A stretch of 64,000 bases of DNA from Candidatus Omnitrophota bacterium (GTDB lineage: Bacteria; Omnitrophota; Gorgyraeia; 2-01-FULL-45-10), in NCBI GenBank assembly GCA_020057115.1, contig JAGVGJ010000003.1, positions 100,528-164,527 on the forward strand. Reading direction: 5' to 3'. Below are positions 58,330-64,000 of this stretch, piece by piece. A program made the position numbers and the translations under genes. Position 1 is the first letter of the stretch. Each line of letters opens with the position of its first letter. The notes under the pieces are model-generated. The model saw only the letters and a program-made list of their open reading frames with translations. It searched no databases and was not told where the DNA came from.

Positions 58330-59426
58330 CGGTAGACCTCGCACGTCTTCGCCGCGTTCAAAAGAAGCCCGACGGCCGCCATATGGAATATGAGCCCGCT
58401 TCCGCCATAGCTTATGAAAGGAAGCGGCAGGCCCTTTGTCGGAAGCGCTCCCGCGGTGACGCCTATATTTATGATCGCTTCGAGCGCTATCAGGGACACG
58501 ATCCCGAGGCTTAAGTACTTCTCAAAATAACCTTCGGCCTTGATCACCACTTTCATGCCCTGCCACACGAAACACATGAATAGCACGACTATCGACGCTG
58601 TCCCCAAAAACCCGAGCTCCTCACCTATTATGGAGAATATGAAGTCCGTGTGCGATGCCGGCAGATAAAAGAGTTTCTGCTTCGACTGGCCGAGCCCTAT
58701 TCCGAATAGCCCGCCGGAGCCCAGCGCAACGAATGATTGTATTATCTGGAATCCTGTCCCGCGCCTGTCGGCCCACGGGTTCAAGAATGCGAGTATCCTC
58801 CTTCGCCTGTAAGGCTTCGACAATACAAGCATGTAGAGGACGGGTATGCTCGCGAGTATAAAGGCCATTATCTGCGAGATCTTTACCCCGGACACGAAAA
58901 GCATGATGATCGTGATGGCTGAAATGGCCACAGCCGTGCCGAGGTCAGGCTCTAACAGGACCAGGCCCACGACAAACCCCAGAGCCATCATCGGAGGAAC
59001 AAATCCGTGCCAGAAACTCTTGGCAAGCTCCTTCTTCCTGGCCATGAGGTCCGCGATGTAGATTATCATGGTAAGTTTGATAAGTTCCGAAGGCTGGAAA
59101 TTAACGGGGCCGAGCCTGAACCAGCGCCTCGCGCCGCCTGCCTCTCTCCCTATGTGAGGTACCAGGACCAGTATAAGCAGGAGCACCGAAAAAAGAAGTA
59201 TCAATTTTGCATGTTTCTTTACCAAGTTAAGATTGACCGCCATCATACCCAGCATGATAGCAAAACCGAGCGCAAGATACAGTAAGTGCCTTTTCAGATA
59301 AAAGAGGCTGTCCCCCATTCTGGCGTAGGCATAGATCGCGCTTGCTGAATATATCATCACGATACCGACGCCTATCAGTATCATGACTATCAGGAATATC
59401 GAATTACGTATATTGCGCATCTTCAT
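58326..59426 (-). CDS. ftsW: lipid II flippase/peptidoglycan polymerase FtsW (SEDS)
   Basis: SEDS-family membrane protein between murD and murG. Confidence 0.85.
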   Translation of the reverse strand: MKMRNIRNSIFLIVMILIGVGIVMIYSASAIYAYARMGDSLFYLKRHLLYLALGFAIMLGMMAVNLNLVKKHAKLILLFSVLLLILVLVPHIGREAGGARRWFRLGPVNFQPSELIKLTMIIYIADLMARKKELAKSFWHGFVPPMMALGFVVGLVLLEPDLGTAVAISAITIIMLFVSGVKISQIMAFILASIPVLYMLVLSKPYRRRRILAFLNPWADRRGTGFQIIQSFVALGSGGLFGIGLGQSKQKLFYLPASHTDFIFSIIGEELGFLGTASIVVLFMCFVWQGMKVVIKAEGYFEKYLSLGIVSLIALEAIINIGVTAGALPTKGLPLPFISYGGSGLIFHMAAVGLLLNAAKTCEVYR

Positions 59427-60787
59427 GATATCTTCTGCCGATCCTTTAATGAGCGCACGGCCTCTTTGAAGACGTCGCCTCTATGCTTGTAGTCACGGTA
59501 CATGTCGAAACTTGAACACATGGGCGACAACAGGACCTCGAAACCGCTCCTGGCCAGGCTATGCGCAAGCGCCACGGCGTCTGCCATCGTCTCGGCTTCG
59601 CGCGTGTCCACCAAGTCGCCGAGCGACTCTCTTATCCTGGTCCTTGCCTCGCCGATAAGTATCAGATGCTTGACCTTGTCTTTAACAGCTTCGCGCACTG
59701 CCCTGTAATCGGAATTCTTATCTTTGCCGCCCGCTATCAGTATGACCGGCTTTTTGCTCGACTGTAGCGCCCTTAAGGTAGAATCTACGGTCGTGCCTTT
59801 CGAATCATCGATATACTCCACTCCGTCCACGGTCCCTACGGGTTCCACTCTGTGCGATAGGCCTTTAAATCTTTTGATAGTGCCATTTATGGATCCGGCG
59901 CCGGCGCCTGCAAGGCATCCGGCCAGGCTCGAAGCAAGTACATTCTCTATATTATGATCGCCCTTTATCGGGATATCTGTTACGGCGCAGATATCCGTCT
60001 TGCTGCCGCCGGGGACGCATGTGACGCGGCCGTCTTTTAAATAAGCTCCGCTAGCTAGCCCTAGCCTGCTGTAAAACAGCGTCTTCGCCTTTGATGACTT
60101 CTCGAGACCGCGCAGGTTATTGGCGTCATAATTAAGTATCAGGGTATCATCTTTATCCTGGTTCTTGAATATCTTAAGCTTCTCATTATAGTAGTCGTCG
60201 AACTTCGCATAGCGATCCATGTGATCGTCGGTGATATTGAGTATTATCGATATGGCCGGCTTGAAATATTCTATCTTCTCAAGCTGGAATGAGCTGACCT
60301 CAAGCACCACCCACGTATCTTTCTTTATCTTTGATATCTCGCCGGCAAGAGAATTCCCGATATTCCCGCATACGACCGTGTCAAGCCCGCCGTCTTTTAA
60401 TATCTCACCTATCAGAGTGGTCACGGTGCTCTTGCCGTTCGTGCCGGTGATAGCTATTATCTTCCCCTTGCAGAACCGGTAGCCCAGCTCCATCTCGCCT
60501 ATTACAGGAATGCCGAGCTCCGTCGCCCATTTTACCGCAGGCGAGGAATCTTCAACGCCAGGACTCAATACTACCAAACCTGAGCCCTCAACAAAACCCT
60601 TTGTATGGCCTCCGAGCTCGAACTTGATCTTCTTACCGTCAAAGACTTTTACGGCCTTGCGTAGCTCCGGCGTATCCCTGCCTTCGGTAGCCATCACCTC
60701 GGCGCCATTATCGGCGGCGAGGATAGCGGCATTGATCCCGCTATTTCCCAGCCCGACTACCGTAACCCTTTTATTCTTCAGGTCCAT
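59423..60787 (-). CDS. murD: UDP-N-acetylmuramoylalanine--D-glutamate ligase
   Basis: …VVGLGNSG…ITGTNGKST… motifs. Confidence 0.9.
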   Translation of the reverse strand: MDLKNKRVTVVGLGNSGINAAILAADNGAEVMATEGRDTPELRKAVKVFDGKKIKFELGGHTKGFVEGSGLVVLSPGVEDSSPAVKWATELGIPVIGEMELGYRFCKGKIIAITGTNGKSTVTTLIGEILKDGGLDTVVCGNIGNSLAGEISKIKKDTWVVLEVSSFQLEKIEYFKPAISIILNITDDHMDRYAKFDDYYNEKLKIFKNQDKDDTLILNYDANNLRGLEKSSKAKTLFYSRLGLASGAYLKDGRVTCVPGGSKTDICAVTDIPIKGDHNIENVLASSLAGCLAGAGAGSINGTIKRFKGLSHRVEPVGTVDGVEYIDDSKGTTVDSTLRALQSSKKPVILIAGGKDKNSDYRAVREAVKDKVKHLILIGEARTRIRESLGDLVDTREAETMADAVALAHSLARSGFEVLLSPMCSSFDMYRDYKHRGDVFKEAVRSLKDRQKIS

Positions 60788-60794
60788 ACTAAGC

Positions 60795-61883
60795 CTATTG
60801 TAATTTTAGCGTCGTCAAGCTCAACAGCACAAGCATTATAGCTATTATCCAGAAACGGATCGTTATCTTCGATTCAGACCAGCCGAGAAGCTGGAAGTGG
60901 TGATGCAGAGGCGACATCTTGAAGAGCCGCTTGCGCGTGGTCTTGAACCAGAATATCTGGAGCATTACGGAAAGCGCCTCAGCCACAAATATCCCGCCCA
61001 CGATCACGAGGAGCAGCTCTTTCTTTATAAGCACTGCCACGGTCCCGATCGCTCCGCCTATGGCGAGAGACCCTGTGTCGCCCATGAATACCGTCGCCGG
61101 GAAAGAGTTGAACCATAAGAATCCCAATCCTCCTCCGACCATAGCCGCGCAGAATACGCCTAGTTCTCCGGCCCCGGGAAGATAGAATATGTTCAGGTAA
61201 TCCGTCACCTTGATGTTTCCCGTAAGATAACTCAATATGGCATAGGCAAGGGCCACGAATACCGTGCAGCCTGTCGCAAGCCCGTCGAGCCCGTCGGTGA
61301 GATTTACGGCATTGCTGGACCCGGTTATCACTAAAACGACAAAGAAGACATACAGGAACCCGAGCTCGATAACTGTACTTTTTAAGAACGGGAAAGTTAT
61401 CGTCGTAGGTATCGGCGTACACGCCAGGATAAATATGGCAAGGGCCATGCCTGCCAGTATCTGATAAAAGAATTTGCTGCGCGCGGTGAGGCCGTCATTA
61501 CGCTTCTTCAGTATCTTCAGATAGTCATCGAGAAACCCTACCAGCCCCAGGGCGAGGAACATCCCGAGCGTTACTAGGACGTAGATGTTCGTGACATCCG
61601 CCCATAACACGGTCGAGACGGCGATGGCGATTATCATGAGTATCCCGCCCATCGTCGGAGTACCCTGCTTGTGTTTGTGGAGCTTGTGGAGGTTCTCCAC
61701 GTGCTCCTCTCTTATATGCTGTCCGAATTTAAGCTCTTTAAGCCAGTTTATGACCATGGGCCCGAATATGACGCATATGAAGAAAGCCGTGATGCTCGCC
61801 ATGGCGGTGCGGAAAGTAAGGTATTTGAATACATTAAACCCCATCCAGTAATCACGCAGCGGATAGAATATGTAATACAACAT
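60795..61883 (-). CDS. mraY: phospho-N-acetylmuramoyl-pentapeptide transferase
   Basis: …NAVNLTDGLDGLA… motif. Confidence 0.95.
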   Translation of the reverse strand: MLYYIFYPLRDYWMGFNVFKYLTFRTAMASITAFFICVIFGPMVINWLKELKFGQHIREEHVENLHKLHKHKQGTPTMGGILMIIAIAVSTVLWADVTNIYVLVTLGMFLALGLVGFLDDYLKILKKRNDGLTARSKFFYQILAGMALAIFILACTPIPTTITFPFLKSTVIELGFLYVFFVVLVITGSSNAVNLTDGLDGLATGCTVFVALAYAILSYLTGNIKVTDYLNIFYLPGAGELGVFCAAMVGGGLGFLWFNSFPATVFMGDTGSLAIGGAIGTVAVLIKKELLLVIVGGIFVAEALSVMLQIFWFKTTRKRLFKMSPLHHHFQLLGWSESKITIRFWIIAIMLVLLSLTTLKLQ

Positions 61884-61894
61884 GATCGCCTCAG

Positions 61895-61936
61895 TTTTTT
61901 TCTGGACCCTGGCCCCTGGCCCCTGGCCCCTTCACC
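61895..61936 (+). repeat. heptamer-repeat element copy 9 (TTTTTTTCTGGACC CTGGCCC CTGGCCC CTGGCCC CTTCACC). It fills the murF-stop/mraY-SD spacer
   Basis: Read directly from the sequence. Confidence 0.9.
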
Positions 61937-63289
61937 TTAAAGTTTTTCAACGACTTTCTCCATCCTCATGCCTCGTGAACCCTTGACCAGGATGACATCG
62001 CCGGGCCTGGCTACCTTCTTAAGGACATCCGTTATCTCGTCATGGGTCCTGCAGTGCCAGACGCATCTCTTCGGCATCCCCGAGCGCTTCGCCCATGAAG
62101 CCGTATATTTCGAATATTCACCGTAAGTAAGAAGCCCTCTTGCTCCGGACTGCGCCACGAGAGCTCCGAGCGTCTGGTGAAAATGCTTCGCTTTCCTGCC
62201 CAGCTCCAACATGTCGCCCGAGACGACCCATCTTGCCCTGGCCGGATATATCTTAAGCGCTTCAAGCGCCAGCCTCATCGAGAGCGGGTTCGAATTATAG
62301 GAATCATTTATTATGTCTATGCCTTTTATCTTCATGAGGTTCAGCCTCAGGTGGCCGGGCCTGTAATCCAGGAGCGCCTTTCTGATCGCCTTCTGGCTTA
62401 TGCCGAAAGCGGAAGCGACCGCGATAGCGGCGAGGGCATTGTATACATTATGGCTTCCGATCATCTTGAGCTCGAACCTTGAGCTGTGGTCGAGAAGGAA
62501 TGATATCCTGTCTTTTTTGATAGCTAGAGACGACGCCCTGAAATCATTTATGGAATTGAACCCGAACCTGACTATCGGGAATCTCGTATTACGCATGCGC
62601 GACAGGAACTCGTCGTCGCCGTTAAGCACAAGCATCCCGTCCTCTTCCATATGCTCGAGGATCTCCTTCTTCGCCTCGAATACCCCCCCAAGGTCTTTCA
62701 GATACTCAAGATGAGACGGGCCGATGACCGTAATGACGCCTACGGTCGGGCGAGATATCTTGCTCAAGAGCCGTATTTCGCCTTTGTGGTTCGTTCCGAG
62801 CTCCAGGACCGCCATGTCGTGCGCTGCATTTAGCTTCAACAATGTCTGCGGCACCCCTATATGGTTATTCTTCGTACCTTCATTTTTGAGGACATTGTGT
62901 TTCATGGAGAGCGCGGCCCATATCATCTCCTTCACGGTAGTCTTCCCGCTTGAACCAGTGACCCCTATGACCGGAATGTCGAACTTCATCCTGTGGTGGC
63001 GCGCTATGTGATGTAGGGCATTAGTCGTATCATCTACCTGGATAAGCGTCTTTCCCGGGATGGCGCGCCATTTGGCTCTCTTCGTCACTATCGCGCCGGT
63101 AGCGCCTTTTGCGAAGACCTCGTGCAGAAAGTCGGCTCCGTCAAAATTCGGCCCTTTAAGCGCAAGGAAGAATTCTCCCTTCGCAACAGACCTGGAATCC
63201 GTGGAGACCTTCGCAAGGTCTATGTCTGCCTCCGGCTCCCCACAAACAAGCTTCCCGTGCGTTACTTTCAATATCTCTTTTATTTTCAT
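61937..63289 (-). CDS. murF: UDP-N-acetylmuramoyl-tripeptide--D-alanyl-D-alanine ligase
   Basis: …GVTGSSGKTT… Mur ligase motifs. Confidence 0.9.
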   Translation of the reverse strand: MKIKEILKVTHGKLVCGEPEADIDLAKVSTDSRSVAKGEFFLALKGPNFDGADFLHEVFAKGATGAIVTKRAKWRAIPGKTLIQVDDTTNALHHIARHHRMKFDIPVIGVTGSSGKTTVKEMIWAALSMKHNVLKNEGTKNNHIGVPQTLLKLNAAHDMAVLELGTNHKGEIRLLSKISRPTVGVITVIGPSHLEYLKDLGGVFEAKKEILEHMEEDGMLVLNGDDEFLSRMRNTRFPIVRFGFNSINDFRASSLAIKKDRISFLLDHSSRFELKMIGSHNVYNALAAIAVASAFGISQKAIRKALLDYRPGHLRLNLMKIKGIDIINDSYNSNPLSMRLALEALKIYPARARWVVSGDMLELGRKAKHFHQTLGALVAQSGARGLLTYGEYSKYTASWAKRSGMPKRCVWHCRTHDEITDVLKKVARPGDVILVKGSRGMRMEKVVEKL

Positions 63290-64000
63290 CTATTCTTTCT
63301 GGACCCCGGACCCCGGACCCTGGCCCCTTCTATTATCTCTCTTGCAACTTTGCAATCATCGAACGGATGCACCTCACCCCCAACGATCTGATATTTCTCA
63401 TGCCCTTTGCCAGCTATCACCACTATATCATCCGCGGACGCGCCATTTAACGCCTTCTCTATCGCCTTGCGCCTGTCAGCTACGATGTCGTAATTATTAA
63501 ATAATCCTTTGACGCCAAGCTCTATCTCTTTAATGATATCAGCCGGATCCTCGAACCGGGGATTGTCCGAAGTTATGACTACCCTGTCGGAAAACTCGCA
63601 AGCCGTCTTGCCCATGAGCGGCCTCTTAGTCCGGTCCCTGTTGCCGCCGCATCCGAATACGGTTATTATCCTCTTGTTTCTTGCCACATCCTTTAAAAGG
63701 CCCAATACATTATAAAGCGCATCCTGGGTATGGGCAAAATCGACGAATACCTTGAAAGGCTGCCCTGCGGATACAGGCTCAAGCCTGCCTGGCGCAAAGG
63801 TCACGGTCTCGACGCCTTCCTTTATGGCTTTAAAATTTATCTTCTCGTGATATGCCACAGCGACTGCTGCAAGTATATTCGACACATTGTGCCTGCCGAT
63901 AAGCTTTGTTTCAACCAGGATGTTCCCTCCCGGAGTATTTATCGTGAACCTTGAGCCGCTAAGCGATATCTCTAGACCAACGGCTCTTATATCGGACCCC
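63286..64000 (-). CDS. murE: UDP-N-acetylmuramoyl-tripeptide synthetase MurE, 3' portion (runs off the window). The last ~13 codons (…ARVRGPGSRKNR*) are encoded by a heptamer-repeat element
   Basis: …GRHNVSNILAAVAV… Mur ligase central/C-terminal domains. The open frame continues to the window edge. Confidence 0.85.
   Translation of the reverse strand, partial: GSDIRAVGLEISLSGSRFTINTPGGNILVETKLIGRHNVSNILAAVAVAYHEKINFKAIKEGVETVTFAPGRLEPVSAGQPFKVFVDFAHTQDALYNVLGLLKDVARNKRIITVFGCGGNRDRTKRPLMGKTACEFSDRVVITSDNPRFEDPADIIKEIELGVKGLFNNYDIVADRRKAIEKALNGASADDIVVIAGKGHEKYQIVGGEVHPFDDCKVAREIIEGARVRGPGSRKNR
63294..63332 (+). repeat. heptamer-repeat element copy 10 (TTCTTTCTGGACC CCGGACC CCGGACC CTGGCCC CTTCT). 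It forms the murE 3' coding tail and abuts the murF ATG
   Basis: Read directly from the sequence. Confidence 0.85.

Overview
The window is a gene-dense bacterial chromosomal segment of moderate GC content. I did not try to assign it to a lineage. About 65 of the roughly 66 protein genes lie on the minus strand and most are tightly packed, often with overlapping stop and start codons. Read in coding order from high to low coordinate, the minus strand carries four blocks.

- **dcw cluster:** murE(partial)-murF-mraY-murD-ftsW-murG-murC-murB-ddl-ftsQ-ftsA. No ftsZ follows ftsA; a TMTC-like membrane protein with TPR repeats follows instead.
- **Block from the PEP-CTERM gene to ileS:** PEP-CTERM, yggS, proC, yggT, mtnP, ileS.
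- **Envelope operon:** ileS-dksA/traR-like-lspA-lgt-rluD-aroA-PAP2-mreBCD-mrdA-rodA-mazG.
- **Type IVa pilus locus (14.3-30.0 kb):** GGDEF-like, pilT, a standalone MshEN-domain protein, tandem pilB genes, pilC, two pilA genes, three minor pilins (one PilX-like), and pilMNOPQ. It sits between the two halves of a TIGR03960/TIGR03936 radical-SAM gene pair.
- **Downstream housekeeping genes:** rng, rplU-rpmA-obg-proB-proA-nadD, rsfS, an HD-GYP protein, argS, a short mfd, and two PPIases.

The only plus-strand gene is an IS200/RAYT-family tyrosine transposase. It is flanked by inverted repeats, and the right repeat supplies the last codons and the stop of mazG.

The most striking feature not explained by genes is a dispersed repeat family of 30-50 nt built from tandem heptamers (CTGGNCC)n, with a conserved TTTTTCTGGACC end and a CTTGMCCCTT end. 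There are at least 10 copies. Most sit exactly at stop/start junctions inside operons, and several lie in frame within coding sequence: ileS twice, yggS, the radical SAM gene, and the murE and yggS C-terminal tails. Several copies would place (GGGGCCA)n tracts, which can form G-quadruplexes, on the mRNA-sense strand.

A second repeat family is a long imperfect hairpin of the form GTCATYSYGAG...CTCRSRATGAC. It occurs three times.

I also called five near-consensus sigma70 promoters and two clear intrinsic terminators. No rRNA, tRNA or CRISPR was recognised.
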